From positions 1 through 64,000 of the forward strand of contig JBHIAE010000002.1 of assembly GCA_046758445.1 (NCBI GenBank): a stretch of 64,000 nt of DNA, in the 5' to 3' direction. Source of the stretch: Candidatus Thorarchaeota archaeon. Lineage in GTDB: Archaea; Asgardarchaeota; Thorarchaeia; Thorarchaeales; Thorarchaeaceae. Both the position numbers and the translations under genes were made by a program. Shown piece by piece: positions 9,698 through 19,518 of this stretch. How positions within the stretch are numbered: the stretch's first letter is position 1; every line of letters starts with the position of its first letter. The notes below the pieces were generated by a model. It did not search any database. It saw only the letters and a program-made list of their open reading frames with translations, and had not been told where the DNA came from.

Positions 9698-10294
9698 TTA
9701 CTTCTTCTTACCCTCTTTCTTTTGCTTCTCCCCACGAGCGCTTCTCACATCTTCCTCTATCCAAGAGTGCTGGGGACCAATCTTACCAAGGAACGGCTGT
9801 CTCATAGTAAGACCCAATTTGCCGGACCTGTTTCCGGACTCAAAGCTTATCGATGTGATTCGTGCTCTCACTTTGTCGCCCTCTGCGAGGGTCCGTCCGG
9901 TCTCTTTGCCCAAGAGCGCGCTGCCTTTTGCGTCCTGGGTTATGAAATCGTCACAGATCTGGCTTACGTGACAGAGCCCATCGAGTGGTCCCATTCGTAT
10001 GAATGCACCAAAGTCCATCAGCTCAACCACGTTGCCCTCTACAAGCTCTCCTCTGACCGGCTTGAACACAAGAACCCGATAGGTAACAGAGTGGTAGGTT
10101 GCACCGTCTCCAGGCATGAGTCGGCCCTGACCTATCTCATCAATGCCAATGACAGCGATCATGAGTCCTATGTCCCTGTCCAAGACATTCTCATACTGTT
10201 TTCGCAGATGGACCATTGCGGCCTCCTCTATCGGGGCTCCAAACTCCTTCGGAGGAATACGCACAACATCTCGGACTGTGACCACACTGTACAT
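9698..10294 (-). CDS. rpoE1: RNA polymerase subunit E' (Rpo7)
   Basis: VRIPP, GDGATYH, S1 domain FGAFIRMGPLDGLCHVSQI, LTMRQPFLGK. Confidence 0.96.
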   Translation of the reverse strand: MYSVVTVRDVVRIPPKEFGAPIEEAAMVHLRKQYENVLDRDIGLMIAVIGIDEIGQGRLMPGDGATYHSVTYRVLVFKPVRGELVEGNVVELMDFGAFIRMGPLDGLCHVSQICDDFITQDAKGSALLGKETGRTLAEGDKVRARITSISFESGNRSGKLGLTMRQPFLGKIGPQHSWIEEDVRSARGEKQKKEGKKK

Positions 10295-10422
10295 TTACAG
10301 CCGCTCCTCGCCTGACAGGACAATCATAGAACAATCAGACCATTGGTCAAACTACATCGGTCTGGACCCTACGGCTCAGCGGTGCAACCATTTGGTAAAC
10401 ATAAAAACGTTGTGAAAAGGTC

Positions 10423-10869
10423 TCAGGGCAACACTCCATCAAGGGCTAAGCGTTTCTGCGCTCGTAGGAATAGAACTGGAATTCCAAGCGCTCTTGCTCT
10501 AGCTCGTAGCTCCTTGTCGTTTGTCGCCAACACCCCTTCAGCAGAAGTCGTATACTCCAGAAGCTGATCATCGACTGGAAGTTCCAAGAGAGATTCTTCA
10601 ACCTCTGCAATTCTGCATCTACTGACCAATTCCCCCGCAATCTTGAAAGCACGTTTGTCACTTCCTCTCCTAGCGTCACGAGCCCTTGCTTCAATCTCCT
10701 CCCTGACCGAGGGCAGAACTACGAACTCGACTCGACACTCTAGGACTCTCTCTGCCTCTGAGAACACATCCACATTGAACTGGGATGGGACGGTCATAAA
10801 ATTCGTATCAACAACGACAGAAAGCACCACTTTGCTCACTAACTTCCCTTCACATCTGTGCGTGTCCAA
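10423..10869 (-). CDS. PIN-domain protein (Fcf1/Utp24-like)
   Basis: VVVDTNF, VDD, LATNDKEL motifs; usual position between aIF2gamma and rpoE1; start uncertain. Confidence 0.88.
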   Translation of the reverse strand: MDTHRCEGKLVSKVVLSVVVDTNFMTVPSQFNVDVFSEAERVLECRVEFVVLPSVREEIEARARDARRGSDKRAFKIAGELVSRCRIAEVEESLLELPVDDQLLEYTTSAEGVLATNDKELRARARALGIPVLFLRAQKRLALDGVLP

Positions 10870-12091
10870 CTAGTCGCCATTTGTTCTCGACTCTGCGGCC
10901 GATTGCAATGCGCTGATTCTTCTCTATGACCACAGGCCGCTTCAATTCGAGCTCAATCTCATCCCCATGAAGTCTGGACACAACACCCACTGTTGCCGCA
11001 GTCCCAACCACAAGCATGAGTGGTTCGTTGAGTCTGAGATTCCCCACTTCCTTCTCCGACTCCATTCCAACAACTCTCTCCATGAGTATGGGCTTGATCA
11101 TGATCTTGTCGATAGTCTTTGGCATTTTCCCGGCCTTGCCAACCACACTCCCCACGAGGCGGTCTGCACGAGTCGACGCAGGATCCAGAGCCGTTCCTAC
11201 GCCAATGAGTCCTCCCGGACGCGCCTCTTCCAAGTCATTACCGCTACCCGAGAGAAGAGTCACAATCTTCGCCCTGATTGTCTGAAAGCCTTTCTCGGTC
11301 TTCACTCCGGGAGCAATCTCAATATCGTCCCCGAGCTTCAACACACCGCGTACGATCGAGCCACCTATCACTCCGCCACGAAGCTTGTCTGGTAGGGTGC
11401 CTGGTCTGTTGATGTCAAAGGACCTCGCAACAAACATCTTTGGAGCTGCCTCCTCATCTCTCTGAGGAGTGGGGATGACCTCCTGAATCCTCTGGATGAG
11501 AAGGTCCGTGTTAGCACCAAAGATCGCAGAGACCGGAACTATTGGAGCATCTTCAGCCGTGGTGCCTTTCACGAAGTCCTTAATCTGCTTGTAATGCTTC
11601 ACAGCCTCTTCCCTGGAAACAAGCTCTATCTTGTTTTGCACGATTATGATGTTCTTCACGCCAATGATCTCAAGGGCACGGAGGTGTTCAGATGTCTGCG
11701 GCATTGGGCAGGGCTCATTGGCCGCGATTACAAGTATCGCTCCATCCATGAGACTGGCACCGCTGAGGCAAGTAGCCATCAGTGACTCGTGACCGGGACT
11801 ATCGACGAATGATATCTCCCTAAGTACCTCCAAGTCACCTCCGCATTTCGGACACTTCTCGTTCTTGCCAGCTCCCACTAGATGTGAGGTTGTGTATGCT
11901 TCTGGCTCAGAGCACTTGGAACACTTCAGCAGGGTCGTCGCAGCATAACCGAGTCTGATTGATATTCCTCGTCGCACTTCATCTGAGTGGCGGTCTGTCC
12001 ACTCGCCTGTTAGATACTCAACAAGTGTGGTCTTCCCATGATCTACGTGACCCAATGTGCCGATGCTTACCTCTGACTGTCCTTCATACAC
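10850..12091 (-). CDS. eif2g: Translation initiation factor aIF2 gamma
   Basis: GHVDHGKTT, RGISIRLGYA, DSPGH, QNKIE, RSFDINRPG. Confidence 0.97.
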   Translation of the reverse strand: MYEGQSEVSIGTLGHVDHGKTTLVEYLTGEWTDRHSDEVRRGISIRLGYAATTLLKCSKCSEPEAYTTSHLVGAGKNEKCPKCGGDLEVLREISFVDSPGHESLMATCLSGASLMDGAILVIAANEPCPMPQTSEHLRALEIIGVKNIIIVQNKIELVSREEAVKHYKQIKDFVKGTTAEDAPIVPVSAIFGANTDLLIQRIQEVIPTPQRDEEAAPKMFVARSFDINRPGTLPDKLRGGVIGGSIVRGVLKLGDDIEIAPGVKTEKGFQTIRAKIVTLLSGSGNDLEEARPGGLIGVGTALDPASTRADRLVGSVVGKAGKMPKTIDKIMIKPILMERVVGMESEKEVGNLRLNEPLMLVVGTAATVGVVSRLHGDEIELELKRPVVIEKNQRIAIGRRVENKWRLVGHAQM

Positions 12092-12226
12092 CTAGTCTTC
12101 ACTTCCGAACGCCAATGGCTTCTAGCAGTGTAGAGGTGCATTTGAATGAGGTTTAAGAAGTCTGTGGTTGACCCACGTCAACTAATACAAGAATGGCCTG
12201 AAAATCTAAGGAAACCCCCGAGAACA

Positions 12227-12610
12227 CTATGCGGCCTTTAGGATTAGTTCCTCGAGTGGCACACTTCCCTTCTCCTCTACTCGCATGTTCACCTGGGATA
12301 TGTCTAGACTGAGTTCGCTTCCACGAACAGTCTTTCTCTTGGCCATGCCTTTCTTTGCTGGCCTGAAGCCTGGGGGCCCACGAATCAAGAATCTCTTCTT
12401 TCCGCTGCCGTGGACGTCCGGACGTATTGGAAAGCCTGACTTGTCGCTACCCCCTGTGATCTTCAGCTTGTATCCCGGAAGACCTAGCATGTCACCTTCC
12501 ACAATCTCACCAACACGTTTGCCAACCAATGCGTTGGTCTTCGCATCATCTAACTCATACTGGATGGCCTTTCCCTCTTCGGGGTCTGAGATCGCTAGCT
12601 TGAATGGCAA
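12227..12610 (-). CDS. rps6e: 30S ribosomal protein S6e (eS6)
   Basis: ISDP, ITGGSDKSGFP, RKTVRG. Confidence 0.96.
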   Translation of the reverse strand: MPFKLAISDPEEGKAIQYELDDAKTNALVGKRVGEIVEGDMLGLPGYKLKITGGSDKSGFPIRPDVHGSGKKRFLIRGPPGFRPAKKGMAKRKTVRGSELSLDISQVNMRVEEKGSVPLEELILKAA

Positions 12611-12821
12611 CTATCGAATCGCCTGCCTGAAGTTACTGTGACAGTCCAAATCTTGGACGCAGGCGGTAGGCAAAGTGCATCACTTTATGAGGGTTGTGGT
12701 CGAGCTGAAGGAGACCGGTCGAGATGAGAAGCTTCTAGGCCGTTAGCCAAGTACACAACCATTATAACATATCCATAATCCTGACGCTGCTAAGCATCTG
12801 CCCGTCTGGACTTGAACGACC

Positions 12822-13994
12822 ATGGACCCCATCACAATTCTCGTGCTCGTAGCAGTCGTCTGGCTTGCAATCTATATAATCGCGCAGGCTGTGGGTGTTG
12901 ATAAGCTGAGTGCGAGGGGTGTGGAAGCAGGTACTCCCCTGTTTCTCATGATCAAGACAGAACGACTCAACTCCTTTCTTACACGAATGGGGAAGAAGTT
13001 CCCCAGAGCGTTCTGGAATGCTGGCATTGTCGTTGCTTTTGGTGGAATGATTCTGGGATTCTATGTGTTTGGCGAGAACTTCCTCAAGTTCTTTATCCAG
13101 CCTGCACAAGCTGGAGGAGTTGTACCTATAATCCCTGGAGTCACAATCACAGGTCTTCCAATGGTCTACATGATGATTGGTCTTGCTGTGACACTGATAA
13201 CACACGAGTTCGCACACGGTCTTGCATCTTCCCGTGATGATGTCCCCATCAGGAGCTCTGGTCTGCTCTTCTTCTACGTCATCTTCGGTGCATTTGTTGA
13301 GCCTGACGAGGAGCATTTCGAGAAGCAGGTAGGTCCTAGGACCAGAATGCGTCTGTTCGCTGCAGGATCCTATGCCAACCTCATTGCCGGGCTTGTTGTG
13401 TTCCTTCTAATAGCTAACTTCAATCCAATGATGTCGATAGCTTTCAATCCTCCAAACGGAGCATACATCTATGACACGGTTCCCGGGTCTCCTGGAGGGG
13501 AAACACTACAGATCGGCGATGTCATCGTTGGTCTCAATGATACTGATATCAACACTTGGGGTGATGTTGGAGCCTTCATGGCTGGTGCCACATCGGGATC
13601 GCTTGTTACAATACATACGCTGAATGGCACGTCCATACTGGTAGCATTAGCAGAGAATCCTTCCAACTCTACATTAGGGTATATTGGGATCTTCGGAGCT
13701 GACTACTGGGAGCCCAAGCCTGGCTGGGACCTGATACTCACACCACTCTATGTATTTCATATACAGCAGACATTACTCTGGCTCTGGATAGTTCTCATAT
13801 CTGTTGGTCTACTCAACCTTCTACCGATACCGCCCCTTGACGGAGACAGGATACTCAAGAACGCTCTCAGTCTGGTCACAGAGGACGAGAAGAAGATCAA
13901 GTACGCAATGTGGCCCCTGAGGATAGCGTCCATTGTAATCGTTGTCGGAAGTATTGTGCTCAGCCTCTACCTGGGCAAGGGGATATTCGGATGA
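12822..13994 (+). CDS. Site-2 protease (M50) with PDZ domain
   Basis: HEFAH zinc motif, GAFVEPD, AAGSYAN, NLLPIPPLDG. Confidence 0.92.
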   Translation: MDPITILVLVAVVWLAIYIIAQAVGVDKLSARGVEAGTPLFLMIKTERLNSFLTRMGKKFPRAFWNAGIVVAFGGMILGFYVFGENFLKFFIQPAQAGGVVPIIPGVTITGLPMVYMMIGLAVTLITHEFAHGLASSRDDVPIRSSGLLFFYVIFGAFVEPDEEHFEKQVGPRTRMRLFAAGSYANLIAGLVVFLLIANFNPMMSIAFNPPNGAYIYDTVPGSPGGETLQIGDVIVGLNDTDINTWGDVGAFMAGATSGSLVTIHTLNGTSILVALAENPSNSTLGYIGIFGADYWEPKPGWDLILTPLYVFHIQQTLLWLWIVLISVGLLNLLPIPPLDGDRILKNALSLVTEDEKKIKYAMWPLRIASIVIVVGSIVLSLYLGKGIFG

Positions 13995-14066
13995 TGGGAC
14001 GACTCTGTTCTTTCATCACTGTATCGGACCTAATAAGGCATCATTAGGACAACTCAACGATGCATC

Positions 14067-14483
14067 ATGATTTCCGCACAAATTGGCACAATGAACGATA
14101 TTCGTGAGAAGTCTCGAAAGGCACTCACAGACTACCTGACAATGTTCCTTCCCGGTTCTTGGATTGAGCCTCTTGCAAGACTCAAGCTCATGCTCCAGTC
14201 AAATTCCGACATTGATTGGGAGGCACTCAAGGGTCATGCACTCCTGCTCTTTGATGAGAAACGCCTATCCAACGACCGAGTAGAATGTTTGGCGCGTGTC
14301 GAGAGGCTGGGCGAGGCATTCAGGGAGATCCACAAAGTCATGTCACCAGCAGAGTGGCACAGGACAGTCGATGACATTGTGTATGCAACGAACTTCAGAG
14401 TTTCCAAAGCTTCACTTCAAACGACCCGTATCCAGGTAATGGATGAACAGAAGGAGAAAGGGACTAAGAAGGCTGTACGATAG
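14067..14483 (+). CDS. Hypothetical protein
   Basis: 138-aa ORF with plausible helical composition, filling the intergenic gap. Confidence 0.6.
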   Translation: MISAQIGTMNDIREKSRKALTDYLTMFLPGSWIEPLARLKLMLQSNSDIDWEALKGHALLLFDEKRLSNDRVECLARVERLGEAFREIHKVMSPAEWHRTVDDIVYATNFRVSKASLQTTRIQVMDEQKEKGTKKAVR

Positions 14484-14541
14484 CGTGAGTTCGGACGGAT
14501 AGACCAACACAGATTTAGCAGTTCCCTCTTCATGCACATTC

Positions 14542-15567
14542 ATGCTTGCTAGGCTTCAGGCCTACCTGAACGAGTCTATTCAAGGTATGGGGGACTCAGA
14601 AGTTCGAAATCTGCAAAGCATCGCAGATGGGTGGGAAACTGAGATACTCTCCTTCGACCTAGTCAATCTGCCATCTTCAGGATGGGAGCATGAGAAACTG
14701 ATTCTCCGTATGTACCCTGGTAGGTATTCTAGTCAAAAGGCAAGATGGGAGTTCACTGTGCTCAAGAAACTAGGTGAACTCGGCTATTCAGTACCGTCTG
14801 TGCTGCACCTAGAACAGAGCGGTAAGCCCCTGGGCAGGGCCTTCATCCTCATGGAGAGGATTGAAGGTGTTCAACTCTGGGACATGTTCCCAGATGGCTC
14901 GCCCGACAGGCTGTACGAGTTAATACGAATCTTCTCTGAACTCTTTGTCAATCTCCATCAAATTGACTGGACGAAGGCCTTTCCCACTCCTCCAGGCCGC
15001 GATGCGAATGATCCTCATTCTTTCATCAGAGCAAGACTCGAAGAGTACGCCCATAACATCTCTAGTCTTCGAAAGGCAGAGTTGAGCCCAGTGGTGGATT
15101 GGCTCAGCAAACGCCTTCCAAACATTCCTGTCGGAAGACTCTCTTTCACTCATGGGGATTTCCACCCTGGCAACATTCTAGTTGATTCTGACGGGAACCT
15201 CTTTGTAATTGACTGGACTGCATCAAGGGTCACAGACTATCGTGTCGATTTGGCGTGGACAGTGTTGCTGGCCAAGACATTCCCGGGTGACCTAGGCGGC
15301 ATCATTCTCAGTACTTACGAGGACATCTTGGGTTCTACTGTTGAGAGCATCGAGTACTTTGAGGTCTTGGCCATACTTCGAAGACTGCTCGATATGTCAG
15401 TTTCTTTCACTGAAAGGGCAGGCGACAGGGGAATGAGAGAAGGCGCCTTGGAGATGATGAGAGAGCATGCAGAGCACTTCAGGAACGTCCATTCTCTGCT
15501 TGTCGATATAACAGGAATCAGGATCCCTGAGATCACAGCGCTCATCGAGAGCATGACGGAGCAGTGA
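14542..15567 (+). CDS. Aminoglycoside phosphotransferase (APH/choline kinase) family protein
   Basis: HGDFHPGNIL Brenner motif, VIDW, MERIEG. Confidence 0.88.
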   Translation: MLARLQAYLNESIQGMGDSEVRNLQSIADGWETEILSFDLVNLPSSGWEHEKLILRMYPGRYSSQKARWEFTVLKKLGELGYSVPSVLHLEQSGKPLGRAFILMERIEGVQLWDMFPDGSPDRLYELIRIFSELFVNLHQIDWTKAFPTPPGRDANDPHSFIRARLEEYAHNISSLRKAELSPVVDWLSKRLPNIPVGRLSFTHGDFHPGNILVDSDGNLFVIDWTASRVTDYRVDLAWTVLLAKTFPGDLGGIILSTYEDILGSTVESIEYFEVLAILRRLLDMSVSFTERAGDRGMREGALEMMREHAEHFRNVHSLLVDITGIRIPEITALIESMTEQ

Positions 15568-15643
15568 GTGGCCTTTGTTACTCACACCAAATGAGAGCCT
15601 TTAACTACTGTTCGAATCAGAAACGTCACGGAGTAACGGTAGC

Positions 15644-16573
15644 ATGCCTCTCGAGTGTTCCAAGTGTGGCAAACCAGCTGTCTACCTTAGAAGATACACC
15701 GCAGAGCGACTCTGCCAGGCATGCCTCATATCTACCACCGTCCAGAGAGTGCGAAGAACCATAAACAGAGGGAAGATGCTACGTGAGGATGACCGGATTG
15801 TGGTCGCCATCTCTGGAGGGAAAGACAGTGCAGTACTGCTTGAAACGCTCTACCGCATAGAGGAGGAATTCCCAAGATCAGAGCTGATGCCGCTTACGAT
15901 TGATGAGGGGATACGTGGCTACCGTGACAAGGCACTCGAGGCCGCACGAAAGCTGGTTTCCGACCTAAAACTCACGCTGGAAGTTAGGACATTCAAAGAC
16001 GCATTTGACAGGTCATTGGACGAAATCGTCGAGTTGAGGCCTGAGAAATCGATTGGTGCATGCTCATACTGCGGTGTACTCAGGAGGCGAGCCATAAACA
16101 CAGCAGCAAAGGAGCTACAGGCCGATGTGGTTGCAACGGGTCACAACTTGGATGACGAGGCCCAGACTGTGATGATGAACATGATGCGCGGCGACAGTCA
16201 ACGGATTGCCAGAACGAACAAGTCACGTGATCGACCTGTCAAAGGCCTCGTACCTCGTGTAAAACCCATCAAGGAGATCTCAGAGAGAAATATTGTAGCT
16301 TACACGCATCAGCTCGCGCTTCCCTACCATGATGTGCCCTGCCCCTATGCTGTTGAGGCTTTCCGGAATGACCTACGGGCCTTTCTCAATTACATGGAGC
16401 ACAAACGTCCTGGAACCCTGCTTGCAATTCTTCGTTCAGCCGAAACAATAGCAGAAGCACTCGAGGAAAGTGAGTCTTCCTCCACGGTTCAGAGCTGTGA
16501 GAGTTGCGGAAACCCAAGTTCTGCAAGGATGTGCAAGGTCTGCTCAATGCTTGCCAATCTAGGGGCTGGTTGA
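15644..16573 (+). CDS. tRNA 2-thiolation enzyme NcsA/Ncs6/TtuA family
   Basis: SGGKDS PP-loop, CSYCGVLRR, TGHNLDDEAQ, CPY, terminal zinc fingers. Confidence 0.9.
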   Translation: MPLECSKCGKPAVYLRRYTAERLCQACLISTTVQRVRRTINRGKMLREDDRIVVAISGGKDSAVLLETLYRIEEEFPRSELMPLTIDEGIRGYRDKALEAARKLVSDLKLTLEVRTFKDAFDRSLDEIVELRPEKSIGACSYCGVLRRRAINTAAKELQADVVATGHNLDDEAQTVMMNMMRGDSQRIARTNKSRDRPVKGLVPRVKPIKEISERNIVAYTHQLALPYHDVPCPYAVEAFRNDLRAFLNYMEHKRPGTLLAILRSAETIAEALEESESSSTVQSCESCGNPSSARMCKVCSMLANLGAG

Positions 16574-16574
16574 A

Positions 16575-17276
16575 GTGGCAAAGAAGCCAGAAACACTCCA
16601 CGAGCCAAGAGAGGTCGTGTATGACAAGAGCCAATGGACCAGACTGGAGGGCCTACGCCAGAAGGCAATGGAGGTAATGGCTCTCCTTGAACCTGCCGGA
16701 ATAGCCACTTTTGCGTACGGCTCGATTGCGCGCGGAGATGTGACCAAATCATCAGATATCGACCTCATAGTTCTACAACCTCTCTCCAGCTACAGACTGG
16801 AAGTGGTCCTTGGGAAAGGACTACGTCGGGAGGTTGTTCAGGCGACTCCCTCCACAGTCATCAAGGGACACATACACTTGGAGAATGGGGTTGTTGTGAC
16901 CTTTCCTCTCTTCAAACTCATGCCCAGGGAGGAGGAGTTCTATCGATGGAGCGGAATGGTGGATCTCAAACAGATCAGGTCTGGAGTAAGGGTTTCTGGT
17001 GTGGACAAGAGGTTGTTACTGATAGAACCGACAGAATCTGGCCATCTCGAACACGGTGTCATTGGATATGAGCACATGGCTGCGAAGAAGCTCGGTGTGA
17101 GCACTGCGATAGTGCAAGAGCGAGTCAGAGTGCTGACCCGTCGTGACAGCGTTGGGCGAACCGGTACGTATCTCACAAGACTTCTCTCAGAGGACGAGAG
17201 CTTTGAGGTCGTGGCAAAGAGTCTGAAGGACAAGGATCCTGCTATCCGTCGAACAATCGAAAGACGAGAGAAGTAG
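16575..17276 (+). CDS. Nucleotidyltransferase (Pol beta-like, archaeal COG2413 type)
   Basis: YGSIARGDV..SDID motif; GVDKRL; GRTG. Confidence 0.85.
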   Translation: MAKKPETLHEPREVVYDKSQWTRLEGLRQKAMEVMALLEPAGIATFAYGSIARGDVTKSSDIDLIVLQPLSSYRLEVVLGKGLRREVVQATPSTVIKGHIHLENGVVVTFPLFKLMPREEEFYRWSGMVDLKQIRSGVRVSGVDKRLLLIEPTESGHLEHGVIGYEHMAAKKLGVSTAIVQERVRVLTRRDSVGRTGTYLTRLLSEDESFEVVAKSLKDKDPAIRRTIERREK

Positions 17277-17286
17277 AGGTGCTGAC

Positions 17287-18402
17287 ATGACACGTCCAAT
17301 CCACTGTATTGAGGGTAATTCACTGCTTGTGGGAGAGATGCCAATGGGTTGCAAGCAGTGTGCTAGAGGGTCCAAGATGGTCCTCTTTGTCACTGGTCTG
17401 TGTGATGCAGCATGCTTCTACTGCCCTCTCTCACAGGACAAGACTGACAAGGATGTGGTCTTTGCTGACGAGATGCCCGTACACAATGATAGTGATATCC
17501 TATACGAGTCGGATGCAATAGGTGCCGAGGGAGCTGGTCTAAGCGGCGGTGATCCTCTCTGCAGGCTTGAGAGAACCACCCACTATATCTCGCTTCTGAA
17601 GGAACAACGCGGTAAGGACTTTCACACTCACCTATACACTGCCAAGTCCGACATAGATGAAGAGTCGCTTCGAAGCCTGCTCAAGGCTGGTCTCGATGAG
17701 ATCCGTTTCCATACTCTCGGACAAGACTGGTCTGGAATAGAGTCAGCGATTGACTTACGAATGAAGGTGGGAATCGAGGTTCCAGCCATTCCAGGCGAGA
17801 AGAAATCGTTGAGGGAAACCGCCAGGAGGGCGGAGGACATAGGAGTCTCATTTCTCAATATCAATGAACTTGAGAGCAGCGAAACAAACTTCGAATCCTT
17901 GGTCTCTCTAGGATTGAGGCTCCGAAGCATGGACTCTGCCTCTATCATGGGAAGCACAGAGCTTGCAAGTGAGATAGTACATTGGGCCGCGGATGAGCTG
18001 GATTCATTATCAGTACACTATTGCTCTGCGCGATTCAAGGATGCCATCCAAATGCACAACCGACTCGAGAGGAGGCTAGAACGAACTTCTAGAGAGTTTG
18101 AGGAGCGCGTCGAGGATGAACCTTTACTTGTTCTAGGGGTGATTAGAGCACCCCGTGGTAAACAAATGAGTAGTGATCAGCTGGACCATATCGGTCGAGT
18201 TCTAGAAGATAGATTCGATGTCCCCCGACATCTGATGAACGTAGACATCTTCAGAATGAGAGTCGAGATAGCTGCCTGGATACTCAGCGAGATTGCAACC
18301 GATCTGAAGAAGGCACTTCCTGATGGAAATAGCTTCGAGGTGGGCGTTGCGCACGAATACCCGTCTTGGGACCGACTCCAGACACTGTTCGATCCGCTGT
18401 GA
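17287..18402 (+). CDS. Radical SAM protein (archaeal COG2108 type)
   Basis: CDAACFYC cluster motif, SGGDPL, GLDEIRFH, NINELE. Confidence 0.88.
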   Translation: MTRPIHCIEGNSLLVGEMPMGCKQCARGSKMVLFVTGLCDAACFYCPLSQDKTDKDVVFADEMPVHNDSDILYESDAIGAEGAGLSGGDPLCRLERTTHYISLLKEQRGKDFHTHLYTAKSDIDEESLRSLLKAGLDEIRFHTLGQDWSGIESAIDLRMKVGIEVPAIPGEKKSLRETARRAEDIGVSFLNINELESSETNFESLVSLGLRLRSMDSASIMGSTELASEIVHWAADELDSLSVHYCSARFKDAIQMHNRLERRLERTSREFEERVEDEPLLVLGVIRAPRGKQMSSDQLDHIGRVLEDRFDVPRHLMNVDIFRMRVEIAAWILSEIATDLKKALPDGNSFEVGVAHEYPSWDRLQTLFDPL

Positions 18403-19509
18403 CTACTCGCCAATTCGGAATCTAAGTATTGCAGCAATACCTCCGATGCGTTGGAGCTGGTCGCCTGCAGGATGGTCTGTGGATACTATGTGAAAGTCAC
18501 CGCGTGTCTTCTCGGTGTTTCTAATCAGACTGTCCATCCAACGTCGGTGTTCGTGGTCACCCTCTCGTAGCTTCTTGTCTGTGACCAGTAGATGGTCAAC
18601 TGCGCCATACTGCACAGCCTTGGCAACTTCGTCATCACCATACGTCGCGAGACCGTCGCCTTTCGCAATGTGTTCAATAACGCTCTCAATGAGCTGAGTT
18701 TCAGCTTCCAGCTTCAGAGTTTCAATTGCCTTTGATATGACTCCTCTATAGAGGATCTCCTTTGCACCAGGATACCCAATCGAGTTTATGCTTTCAACTG
18801 TCACTGGAGGGAGAATCTTTAGTTTCGCACTGCGCAAGTGTTCACTGAAGTGGTCCTTCACAAATCCAGGGCCCGCCACTACAATGAGTGCAAACTCGTT
18901 CTGCTCCAATTGTGAGCGCACGGCAAGAAGCACGCTATCAAAGAAGTCACGCATTGTTGCATCATAGGACTTCTGATCACCACGTTTTCGCGATATGCTT
19001 GTCCGCACTCGTACGGCCTCTTGAATCCCAAAGTCTGCAATCAGAAAGAGCTCTGCTTCCCCATCTTCTATGGTAACAAGCAGTGAAACGGGTCTTAGTC
19101 CTGCTTTCTCAGCCTCTTTGAGGCGTTCCAGCAAATACTTGGGCCAGTACTCCTTGATGATTGTCAGTGTGTGTCCCAGCTCCACGTTGAAAGTGTGATG
19201 CGATCCTATGCTGACTAAGTCACTAGGCCCTTCCAGAATCACGCCCTTGACTCTTACTCTGTTAGAGAAGGCATGAAAAGCAACGTCCTCCACCTTGAGT
19301 CTAAGTGTCATTGGCTTACGTACGCTCTCCGGTTTCCGAGCATCCTCATCTCCCACTTTGACTCTTCGAGTGGTCTTCGATACTACGGTGTCACCAGGGG
19401 CAACTACGTTATACAGATGCCAGAGGTCATCAAGAGTTTCGATCTTGAGGACGACTCTTCCACCCTTCATATCGCGTTTCAGTACCTTCAAGGCGACACC
19501 AACAGGCAA
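18403..19509 (-). CDS. pelA: Pelota (Dom34) ribosome rescue factor
   Basis: ETLDDLWHL, GSHHTFNV, AGPGFVK, GGIAAILRF. Confidence 0.95.
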   Translation of the reverse strand: MPVGVALKVLKRDMKGGRVVLKIETLDDLWHLYNVVAPGDTVVSKTTRRVKVGDEDARKPESVRKPMTLRLKVEDVAFHAFSNRVRVKGVILEGPSDLVSIGSHHTFNVELGHTLTIIKEYWPKYLLERLKEAEKAGLRPVSLLVTIEDGEAELFLIADFGIQEAVRVRTSISRKRGDQKSYDATMRDFFDSVLLAVRSQLEQNEFALIVVAGPGFVKDHFSEHLRSAKLKILPPVTVESINSIGYPGAKEILYRGVISKAIETLKLEAETQLIESVIEHIAKGDGLATYGDDEVAKAVQYGAVDHLLVTDKKLREGDHEHRRWMDSLIRNTEKTRGDFHIVSTDHPAGDQLQRIGGIAAILRFRIGE

Positions 19510-19518
19510 ACATCCGTT

